A DNA stretch of 42,724 nt, taken from contig CAYNKE010000002.1 in NCBI GenBank assembly GCA_964397715.1, positions 15,267 to 57,990 on the forward strand, given 5' to 3'. The position numbers and the translations under genes were made by a program. Source of the DNA: an uncultured Bifidobacterium sp. GTDB taxonomy: Bacteria > Actinomycetota > Acidimicrobiia > Acidimicrobiales > Ilumatobacteraceae. The notes below the pieces were generated by a model. It was not told the DNA's origin. It made no database searches and saw nothing but the letters and a program-made list of their open reading frames with translations. Below are positions 8,858 to 16,534 of this stretch, in pieces (within the stretch, counting starts at the first letter, position 1; every line of letters begins with the position of its first letter).

Positions 8858-9425
8858 AGAGAACTTCCGTGGTCGAGGTCGCGCGCGGAGCCGTCGTGGT
8901 GGGCCGTGCCGTCGTGGTCGTCTGGGCCACCGTCGTGGGCGGCGGATTCGTTGTCGAGGTGGTCGAGGACGGGCGTGTCGTGGTCGTCTGAGCCACCGTC
9001 GTGGGTGGCGCATTGGTGGTCGAGGCCGGCCGAGTGGACGACGTTTGAACGACTGTCGTCGTGGGTGCCACGGTCGTGGCCAGCGGGGCCGCGGACGTCT
9101 TCACTGGGGTCGTCGGAGCCGCCGAGGTCGCCGTGGCCACGGCTGCGATCGTCGACGTGGAGGCTGCTTCCGTCGTGGTCGATTCCTCAGTCGTGGAGGG
9201 TTCTTCCGTCGTCGTCGCGGCGGTGCCACGCGGGAGCGCCGTCGAACCTGGTTTCACGCACGACCCGTCATTGTCGTCACCAGGTTGTTCCTTCGAATAG
9301 ATGTAGGTGCTTCCTTGACTCTCACATTGGCTCTTGTAAGTCGGACCGCAGCTGCATGCCGCCACGGTCACAGCGAGAGCCACCGCCATCACCGCTCCGA
9401 GCACCGCTCGTGGAACCTTCACCAT
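8856..9425 (-). CDS. Small lipoprotein with a mucin-like Thr/Pro-rich repetitive C-terminus
   Basis: The ATG at 9425 is preceded by GAGGAGGGG. It has a signal peptide with lipobox (LAVTVAAC) and a Cys-containing N-domain. It then carries about 120 aa of T/P/A/S-rich repeats (PPTTVAQTTTTRP). Confidence 0.7.
   Translation of the reverse strand: MVKVPRAVLGAVMAVALAVTVAACSCGPTYKSQCESQGSTYIYSKEQPGDDNDGSCVKPGSTALPRGTAATTTEEPSTTEESTTTEAASTSTIAAVATATSAAPTTPVKTSAAPLATTVAPTTTVVQTSSTRPASTTNAPPTTVAQTTTTRPSSTTSTTNPPPTTVAQTTTTARPTTTAPRATSTTEVL
8911..9075 (-). repeat. In-frame tandem repeat, 66-bp unit (22 aa), about 2.5 copies
   Basis: Unit 1 (8911-8976) and unit 2 (8977-9042) align by eye: gtcgtggtcgtctg(g/a)gccaccgtcgtggg.... 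A degenerate partial third copy follows. Confidence 0.6.
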
Positions 9426-9491
9426 GACCCCTCCTCGGACCCCATCAGGCAGTGAGAACCTAGATCCTCGGTTCGGAGTTGCGAAAAATCG

Positions 9492-9563
9492 AGGCGATGC
9501 TGGGAATCGAACCCAGGTGGAGGGCTTTGCAGGCCCTTGCCTTAGCCACTCGGCCACATCGCC
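9492..9563 (-). tRNA. tRNA-Cys (anticodon GCA), CCA not encoded
   Basis: Minus-strand sequence: GGCGATG TG GCCGAGTGGCTAAGGC A AGGGC CTGCAAA GCCCT CCAC CTGGG TTCGATT CCCAG CATCGCC T. It folds as a 7-bp acceptor stem, 5-bp anticodon stem, GCA anticodon, T-loop TTCGATT and discriminator U. Confidence 0.93.
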
Positions 9564-9663
9564 ACTCCCCGCGAACGAGGAGAACCTCCATCCTACCTCC
9601 GGCGTGACGAGGAACCGCCGGGCGAAGTGGCCCGCAACCGTCCGGTTCTGCGACATTGACCCC

Positions 9664-10881
9664 ATGCGTCGTCTTGCTCCTTGCCTTGCTGTGGTCCTCC
9701 TTCTCGCCGCGTGTGGAGGGAACGACTCGACCTCCGACTCCGAAGTTTCGGCCACATCCGAGACGTTGTCGACCGAATCCACGTCGACCGAGGCGCCGGC
9801 AACCGAAGCGCCGCCGACCACCGCCGACCCGGTCGCGTTGGCCACCGCCTACTCCGAGCCGGGCGAATTCCCGGTGGGAGTCACGACCCTCGAACTTGCC
9901 GCCGGAAACAAGGTCGAAGTCTGGTATCCGGCCGTCGCTGGATCGAGTGGAACCGACTCCTACGACATGCGCGACTTCGTTCCCGAAGCCATCAAGAACC
10001 TCCTCACCGCCGATGTCCCGGCCGTGTACGAGTACGCCGCATCGCGCGACGCCGATGTGGCCGACGGAGCGTTCCCGATCGTCCTCTTCTCCCACGGATT
10101 CTCCGGTATGCGCCTGCAGAGCACGTTCCTCACCGCGCACCTGGCCTCGTGGGGAATGATCGTCGTGTCCCCCGATCACTGGTCACGCGATCTCTTCCAC
10201 GTCCTGAGCGCACCCGTGGGCGACCGCCAGTCGGCGGTGGGCGAACTCCTCGCGAGTCTCGACCTGATCACCGCGGAGGGTGCTTCGTCGTCGAGTCGCT
10301 TCACCGGACACGTCGACGACTCTCGGGTGGTGGCCGTCGGCCACAGCGCTGGTGGAGGAACCATCCTCGGGGCCGCCGATGACGATCGAGTCGACGGCTA
10401 CATTTCTCTGGCGTCCGGTGTCGGTATCGGAATGGGCACGAGCACGACCGCACCTCTCGTCCTGCCGAGCAAACCGTCGTTCTTCATGGCGGGCGCCCTC
10501 GATGGCGTCGTGTCGGCCGAGACCGTCACGCGGGCGTCGTACGAGCAGGTCCCCGGCCCGAGTCGTCTCTGGATCATCGACGGCGTCGGGCACAACGGCT
10601 TCGACGACTTCTGCACGTTCGGCAACGGCAAAGGAATCATCGGTGTGGCGGAGGCCTCGGGCCTCGGACCGTTGCTCGAGGCACAACCCCAACTCAAGAC
10701 CCTCGGTGAAGACGGTTGCCTGCCGCCAGCCGCTCCGGTCACCGATGCGTTCCCGATCGTTCGCCACGCCGTCACGGCCCAGCTGCGCGCGTGGTTCGGA
10801 ATCGACGACGCACCAGTCGGACTCGGGTCCGAGGTCGCCGGGGCGTACGCGCTCGCCATCACCATCGACGAGAAGGCCTGA
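9664..10881 (+). CDS. Alpha/beta-hydrolase lipoprotein (PAF-acetylhydrolase / chlorophyllase-like serine esterase)
   Basis: Trimmed to the ATG at 9664, because the longer ORF would run through the tRNA. It has a lipobox (LLLAACGG), VLFSHGFSGMRLQSTFLTAHLASWGMIVVSPDH and the nucleophile elbow GHSAGG. Confidence 0.7.
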   Translation: MRRLAPCLAVVLLLAACGGNDSTSDSEVSATSETLSTESTSTEAPATEAPPTTADPVALATAYSEPGEFPVGVTTLELAAGNKVEVWYPAVAGSSGTDSYDMRDFVPEAIKNLLTADVPAVYEYAASRDADVADGAFPIVLFSHGFSGMRLQSTFLTAHLASWGMIVVSPDHWSRDLFHVLSAPVGDRQSAVGELLASLDLITAEGASSSSRFTGHVDDSRVVAVGHSAGGGTILGAADDDRVDGYISLASGVGIGMGTSTTAPLVLPSKPSFFMAGALDGVVSAETVTRASYEQVPGPSRLWIIDGVGHNGFDDFCTFGNGKGIIGVAEASGLGPLLEAQPQLKTLGEDGCLPPAAPVTDAFPIVRHAVTAQLRAWFGIDDAPVGLGSEVAGAYALAITIDEKA

Positions 10882-10946
10882 CGTCTTCTGACCTCGGGTC
10901 AACCCGGACCGTGCTCGCGTGAGAGCATGAGCGCGGGAGGGACGTC

Positions 10947-12623
10947 ATGACAGCAGAGCGAACCACGGTCCTGCGGGGCGGGACCATCGTGGACGGGACC
11001 GGCTCGCATCGGTTCGAGGCCGACGTAGCAATGCGCGGTGCCCGAATCGTTGCCATCGGGACCGACCTCGAGGGCGACGACGTCGTCGACGTGACCGGAC
11101 TCGTCGTCGCACCCGGCTTCATCGACATCCACACGCACTACGACGCCCAGGTGTTCTGGGACCCGGCACTCACTCCGTCCTGCTTTCATGGCGTCACCAC
11201 CGTCGTGGCCGGCAACTGCGGATTCTCCATTGCGCCCACGCGCGAAGCCGACCGCGACCTCATCGTGCGCACCATGGAGAAGGTCGAAGACATGGAACCC
11301 GCGACGCTCCATTCCGGGGTGCCGTGGGAGTTCGAATCGTTTCCCGACTACCTCGACGCGGTTCGCCGACGAGGAACGGTGCTCAACTACTCGGCGTACA
11401 TCGGCCACACGCCGTTGCGTGTTTTCGTCATGGGCGACCAAGCTGTCGGGCGCGTCGCATCCGACGACGAGATCGCCACGATGGCATCGATCGTGCGGGA
11501 GGCGATGAACGCCGGAGCCGCGGGATTCGCCACCAGCTTCGCCGTCACCCACCGCGGTGCCGACGGTCAGCCGATTCCGAGTCGATGGGCCGACAAGCGC
11601 GAGATGGAGGCGCTGTTCCGGGCCGTGGGCGACAGCGGACGTGGAGTCATCGGCGTCAACGGTGGCGAGGGCCTGAGCTTCACCGACTGCTACGAGATGC
11701 AGCCGCGGTCCGGCGCTCCCCTCACCTACACCGCGGTGCTCACGACCAACACCGGCGCCCACTTGAAGGCGATGGAGATCCACCGGGCCGGGCTCGAACG
11801 CGGGGCCGACGTGTGGCCCCAGGTCTCGTGTCGACCGCTGTCGTTCTCTCAGACCATGGTCGAACCGTTCACGTTGAACACCAACCCGGTCTTCGCCGAA
11901 CTCATGCCCCGGTCGCTCGCCGATCGACGCAACGCTTACGCCGATCCAGCGTGGCGCCGACGAGTCCGCGAGGCGTGGGAATCGGGTCAGGGGATCGTCC
12001 CGCGGTGGGACAGCTTCGAGATCATGGAAGCACCGGCGTCACCCGACCTCGTTGGCCGCCGCCTCACGGCGATCGCCACCGAGATGAACGTCGATCCGCT
12101 CGACGCTCTCCTCGAGATCACGCTCCTCGAATCCGACCTGCTTCTCCGCGTCAAGGCTCTTCTCGCGAACGACGACGCCGAAGGGGTCGCGATCCTCCTG
12201 AACACCGATCACTGCACGCTCGGCTTGTCGGATGCCGGTGCTCACGTCGGTCAATTGTGCGACGCAGTGCTCTCGACCGACCTTCTGGGCAACTGGGTGC
12301 GCGAGCGCAAGGTGCTGACGCTCGAACAGGCCGTCAACAAACTCACACAGGTCCAGGCCGAATTGTTCGGCTTCGGCGACCGCGGAGTACTTCGAGAAGG
12401 CGCCTACGCCGACGTCGTCGTGTTCGATCCGAACACGGTGTCCCCCGGTCCCTCGCGGCGTGTGCGCGACTTCCCCGCCGACGGCGAACGCATCACCGCC
12501 GACAGCCCGACCGGAATGGTTCACACGTTCGTCAACGGCCGCGCAGTCGTACGAGACGGTCGCTTCGTCGACGAGGCTCTCGTCGATCGGCCCGGCCGCC
12601 TGGTGTCTCCTCAGCCGCGCTGA
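10947..12623 (+). CDS. N-acyl-D-amino-acid deacylase (D-aminoacylase) family amidohydrolase
   Basis: The family-typical N-terminus is present: GGTIVDGTG, APGFIDIHTHYD and GVTTVVAGNCG. A GGGAGGG Shine-Dalgarno sequence lies 6 nt upstream of the ATG. Confidence 0.85.
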   Translation: MTAERTTVLRGGTIVDGTGSHRFEADVAMRGARIVAIGTDLEGDDVVDVTGLVVAPGFIDIHTHYDAQVFWDPALTPSCFHGVTTVVAGNCGFSIAPTREADRDLIVRTMEKVEDMEPATLHSGVPWEFESFPDYLDAVRRRGTVLNYSAYIGHTPLRVFVMGDQAVGRVASDDEIATMASIVREAMNAGAAGFATSFAVTHRGADGQPIPSRWADKREMEALFRAVGDSGRGVIGVNGGEGLSFTDCYEMQPRSGAPLTYTAVLTTNTGAHLKAMEIHRAGLERGADVWPQVSCRPLSFSQTMVEPFTLNTNPVFAELMPRSLADRRNAYADPAWRRRVREAWESGQGIVPRWDSFEIMEAPASPDLVGRRLTAIATEMNVDPLDALLEITLLESDLLLRVKALLANDDAEGVAILLNTDHCTLGLSDAGAHVGQLCDAVLSTDLLGNWVRERKVLTLEQAVNKLTQVQAELFGFGDRGVLREGAYADVVVFDPNTVSPGPSRRVRDFPADGERITADSPTGMVHTFVNGRAVVRDGRFVDEALVDRPGRLVSPQPR

Positions 12624-12624
12624 T

Positions 12625-13881
12625 TCAGGCCGGCGCAACCTCGTAGCGGATCGGAAGGGTCTTCAGGCCGCCGACGAAAATCGTCTTCATCCATCGCGGC
12701 TCACCCGCCAACTCGACGTGCTTCAGCCGCGGCAGGAGTTCCTTGAAAAGTGCCTTGAGCTCCATCCGCGCGAGCATCGCCCCGAGGCAGTAGTGAACCC
12801 CGAATCCGAACGACAGGTGCTTGTTGGGCGAGCGACCGATGTCGAACCGGAACGGATCGGGATGGGCGTCCTCGTCGCGATTGCCCGAGGGATACGACAA
12901 GAGAACCGACTGACCCTTCTTGATGGTGGTTCCACGGACCACGTAGTCCTCGGTGGCGGTGCGCATGAAGTGTTTCACCGGCGCGACCCAGCGGATCATC
13001 TCGTCGACTGCGGTGTTCATCAGCGACGGGTCGTTCGTGAGCCGATCCATCTGGTCGGGGTTCTCCATCAACGCGAGCAGACCCCCGGCCATGGCCGAGG
13101 CGGTCGTGTCGTGGCCCGCGGTCGCCGTGATGACGTAGTACGAGATCGTCTGCATGTCGGTCAGCGGTGCACCATCGATGGTCGCGTTGGCGACGACTGA
13201 CGCCATGTCATCGGTGGGCGCGGCGCGACGATCTTCGGTCAGTTTCGTGAAGTACACGAAGAAGTCCTGGATCACCTGAACGATTGCCGCGGGATCGCTG
13301 TCGCGAGCCAGGTCTTCGTCGAGTCCACCGAACAATTCCTGCGTCAACTTCAACATCCTCGGATAGTCGGACTCCGGCAGCCCGAGGATCGACAAGATGA
13401 CGTTCAGCGGCATGAACATCGCGACGTCGCGGACGAAGTCGCACTGATTCCCCATCTCGACCATCTTGTCGACATACCGCTTCGCATAACCGGCGAGCAC
13501 ACCTTCCAACTTGGCAAGGTTCTTCGGCAGGAACCACTCGGCGGTGACGTTCCGCAGATTGCGGTGCTCGGGATCGTCCACGTGGATGAGAGTGCGGAGC
13601 ATGTCGCCGTTCTGCTGTCGACGAGCGTCGTCCATCTCCGAACCCAGAACCGGTCGGGGTTCGTTCAAGAAGATCTGGTGGCGGGCCTCGATGTCGAAGA
13701 TGTCGGCCGACTTGGTGATGGCCCAGAACGGGTTGAACCCAGGGCCCTCCACCCAGTGCACCGGGCTCTCCTTGCGCAAGAGCGCGCACGCGCGATGGAA
13801 ATAGTCCTCGTCGGCATAGGCGGCCGGGTCGACGAACACGTATCCGGCTTCTTCGACGCTGTTCGGAATTCGATCGGACAT
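12625..13881 (-). CDS. Cytochrome P450
   Basis: Heme-thiolate loop FGFGVHYCLG, I-helix ATAGHDTT and EMIRW (ExxR). The ATG at 13881 is preceded by GAAGGGGAG. Confidence 0.9.
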   Translation of the reverse strand: MSDRIPNSVEEAGYVFVDPAAYADEDYFHRACALLRKESPVHWVEGPGFNPFWAITKSADIFDIEARHQIFLNEPRPVLGSEMDDARRQQNGDMLRTLIHVDDPEHRNLRNVTAEWFLPKNLAKLEGVLAGYAKRYVDKMVEMGNQCDFVRDVAMFMPLNVILSILGLPESDYPRMLKLTQELFGGLDEDLARDSDPAAIVQVIQDFFVYFTKLTEDRRAAPTDDMASVVANATIDGAPLTDMQTISYYVITATAGHDTTASAMAGGLLALMENPDQMDRLTNDPSLMNTAVDEMIRWVAPVKHFMRTATEDYVVRGTTIKKGQSVLLSYPSGNRDEDAHPDPFRFDIGRSPNKHLSFGFGVHYCLGAMLARMELKALFKELLPRLKHVELAGEPRWMKTIFVGGLKTLPIRYEVAPA

Positions 13882-14020
13882 GGCTCCCCTTCGACCTCTG
13901 GTTTCCGTTCTCACCCATTCTGCCCATGTGACCGTCCGTCGACGAAGGGCCGGAAGTCCCGGGCCCCGACGACTCGCGTCCGGTGGACCTCGGACGGGTA
14001 CTCAGGATTAGCGTTCGACC

Positions 14021-15271
14021 ATGGCCGACCAGTCCGCGAGCGAACCTGAACTCGACGAGGAACTCGACTTCCGCATCGATCTGAACCGCGGCGGCCGCGG
14101 TCCGGCCGGTCACCCCACGCGGCCCGAAATCGGGTTGCTCTCACCCGACTTCTACGCCGACTTCGACGAATTGACCGCGTGGATGCGCCGCGAGGCGCCG
14201 CTCTACTGGGACGACGAGACCGGCATCTGGGGAGCGGCGAGCCACGAACTGGTCTCGATGATGAGCCGCGAGTGGCACACGTTCTGCTCGGGCAAGGGTT
14301 CGCGGCCGGAGAGTTCGGTTCCGTCGATGATCAACTTCGACGCACCCGAGCACACCAAGCGGCGCCGACTCGTCGGTAACGGCTTCACCCCGCGGCGGGT
14401 CGCCGACCACGAGCCGTATCTCCGGGCCAAGGTCACCGAATTGATCGACACCGTGATCGACCGTGGTGAGTGCGACATCGTTGCCGACATCGCCACACCT
14501 CTCCCGATGTTCATGATCGGTCAGCTGATGGGCCTGCCCGAGGAGGACCACCACCAACTGCTCCACTGGTCCGATCTCTTCGCGACCGGCGGTGACGAGA
14601 TCCGCGACGAGGTCGTCCAGGCCGTCATCGACTGGAACGCGTACATCATGCGCCACGTCGAGGAGCGGCGGAACACCGATCGCCAGGATCTCGTGAGCCT
14701 CGTCGTCAATGCCGAGTGGGAAGGCGAGAAGCTGTCCGACGTCGACGTCATGTTCGAGACGATGCTCGTTCTCGTTGGTGGCGACGAGACGACGCGTCAC
14801 GTGATCTCCGGCGGTGTGGCGGCCCTCCTGCAGAATCCCGATCAGTTGCGGATGCTCCAAGCCGAACCCGCTCTCCTCCCTGGAGCCATCGAAGAGATGC
14901 TGCGCTGGGCCACACCGGTGCGCAACATGAATCGCACCGCCACCAAGGACGTCGACGTCGCGGGGATGAAGATCCGCGAGGGCGATCGTGTGCTCCTGCT
15001 GTATCCGTCGGCGAATCGCGACGAGAAAGTGTTCGCTGATCCGTTCCGCTTCGACATCACTCGATCACCGAACGACCACGTGGCGTTCGGTGCATACGGT
15101 CGACATCACTGTCTCGGCGCCCCGCTGGCCCGCCTCGAACTGCGCATTCTGTTCGAGGAACTGCTGACACGACTCGACGACATGGAATTGGCCGCCGACT
15201 CGATCCCGTGGCGTCGCGGGAACTTCGTCCTGGGCCCGAACTCGGTGCCGATCAGGTTCAGAGCGAAGTGA
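14021..15271 (+). CDS. Cytochrome P450
   Basis: Heme loop FGAYGRHHCLG, I-helix LVGGDETT and EMLRW. It is divergent from the previous P450. TAGCGT lies 6 nt upstream of the ATG, suggesting a leaderless mRNA. Confidence 0.9.
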   Translation: MADQSASEPELDEELDFRIDLNRGGRGPAGHPTRPEIGLLSPDFYADFDELTAWMRREAPLYWDDETGIWGAASHELVSMMSREWHTFCSGKGSRPESSVPSMINFDAPEHTKRRRLVGNGFTPRRVADHEPYLRAKVTELIDTVIDRGECDIVADIATPLPMFMIGQLMGLPEEDHHQLLHWSDLFATGGDEIRDEVVQAVIDWNAYIMRHVEERRNTDRQDLVSLVVNAEWEGEKLSDVDVMFETMLVLVGGDETTRHVISGGVAALLQNPDQLRMLQAEPALLPGAIEEMLRWATPVRNMNRTATKDVDVAGMKIREGDRVLLLYPSANRDEKVFADPFRFDITRSPNDHVAFGAYGRHHCLGAPLARLELRILFEELLTRLDDMELAADSIPWRRGNFVLGPNSVPIRFRAK

Positions 15272-15908
15272 GCAGATCACTCCAGCGGTCGATCTCGGCC
15301 TGAGCGACCACCACCATCCGGTCGCCGCCGCGTGTCAGCGACGGAACCTCGGGGACTTCGTTCGACCACGACACCGTCAGACTCGACCAACGTCGATCGT
15401 CGTGGATGATCGTGCCTTCGATCGTGAACGAGGCGAGCGAACCCGACGGAGCGACCGATCGTGCTCCAGCCGTCAGATCGAACGTTGCGTACCGACCGGG
15501 CGCGATCGCCACGTGCGATGCGGCCGGAAGTGCGCCGACGATGACCGTGTAGTCCATGCCGGCATCCTTGTGCACCACCTTCTTCTTGAAGTCGGGGCGG
15601 TCCTGCATCTCGATGAACGAACGTCGGGTCGGGTAGCGAACGATTCCCATACGATCCCACTCGCCGTCCGCCCCTTGGGCCACGACCCGACCGTGGAATG
15701 CCACGTGAGCACCAATCTTCTTGAGTACGTCGACCGGCGAGTACTTGTCGTCAGCTTCGATTCCGGATATGGCCTCGCCCGAGCCGTCGCGGTAATCGGC
15801 CACGGTCTTGTACTTCATGAAGTTGACCATGTAGATCGGGCCGTCCAGATCGGGCTCACGCCCGGCGAGATCGGCGGCGTACTCGAAGTCGATTTTTCCG
15901 AAGCGCAC
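15258..15908 (-). CDS. Hypothetical protein; the N-terminal ~110 aa are DUF1330-like (dimeric alpha/beta barrel) and the C-terminal domain is unknown
   Basis: GTG start. GPIYMVNFMKYK...WDRMGIVRYPTRRSFIEMQDRPDF resembles DUF1330. The 3' end overlaps the convergent P450 by 14 nt. Confidence 0.55.
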   Translation of the reverse strand: MRFGKIDFEYAADLAGREPDLDGPIYMVNFMKYKTVADYRDGSGEAISGIEADDKYSPVDVLKKIGAHVAFHGRVVAQGADGEWDRMGIVRYPTRRSFIEMQDRPDFKKKVVHKDAGMDYTVIVGALPAASHVAIAPGRYATFDLTAGARSVAPSGSLASFTIEGTIIHDDRRWSSLTVSWSNEVPEVPSLTRGGDRMVVVAQAEIDRWSDLLTSL

Positions 15909-15955
15909 GAAGCGAACGTAGCAGAGCCTCCGTCGTGGTCACCTAGGGTGACGTC

Positions 15956-16525
15956 ATGTCCAGTGCTCTCGCCCTCGATTCGCTCCGGCGGCGACTCGCC
16001 GCGCTCCACTCGCTCTACGACGACGCGCTGGCGAGCATGAACCTCGAGCACGTCAACCACTTCGAACGCGAGGGAGTGGTTCCGATCGCGTTCTCGCTGT
16101 TCCATTACGTCAACGTCCACGACGGCTCGTTCATGCTCCTGACTGGTCAACTACCGATCTGGAACGACGACTGGCAGGCACGCGTCGCCCTCACGGTGAA
16201 CGACCACGGCAAGCACCGAACCGTCGACGAGATGGTGCACCAGCGCATCGGCGATCTCGATGCATTCGGCGAGTACATGCGAGCGGTGTTCTCCCGCACC
16301 GAGGCCTGGCTGGCATCGCTCGATCCGGCCGACCTCGACCGGGTCGTGATCACGCGGCCGTTCCCTCCGCAGATCGCCTCCACGTTCTCGGCCCGGGTCG
16401 CGGGCGACGCCGGCATCACGGTCCTGGACGGAGTCGAGTGCTGGATCTACCAACACGGACTGCGCCACATGGGCGAGATCGAACTCGCGCGTGGCCTGGT
16501 GGGCTTGCAGGGCATGACCAGCTGA
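15956..16525 (+). CDS. DinB-family (four-helix-bundle, metal-dependent) protein
   Basis: 189 aa with a His-containing helical pattern (HVNHFE, FHYVNVHD, IYQHGLRHMGE) typical of the DinB/DinB_2 superfamily. The assignment is by pattern only. Confidence 0.55.
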   Translation: MSSALALDSLRRRLAALHSLYDDALASMNLEHVNHFEREGVVPIAFSLFHYVNVHDGSFMLLTGQLPIWNDDWQARVALTVNDHGKHRTVDEMVHQRIGDLDAFGEYMRAVFSRTEAWLASLDPADLDRVVITRPFPPQIASTFSARVAGDAGITVLDGVECWIYQHGLRHMGEIELARGLVGLQGMTS

Positions 16526-16534
16526 CGACGGGGA

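Noticed and set aside
9426-9491. att-like direct repeats of the tRNA-Cys or tRNA-Gly 3' ends that would delimit integrated islands
   Set aside because: Scanning by eye the flanks (7126-9491 and 20654-22984) showed no copy of the tRNA 3' segments. This needs a computational repeat search to be conclusive.
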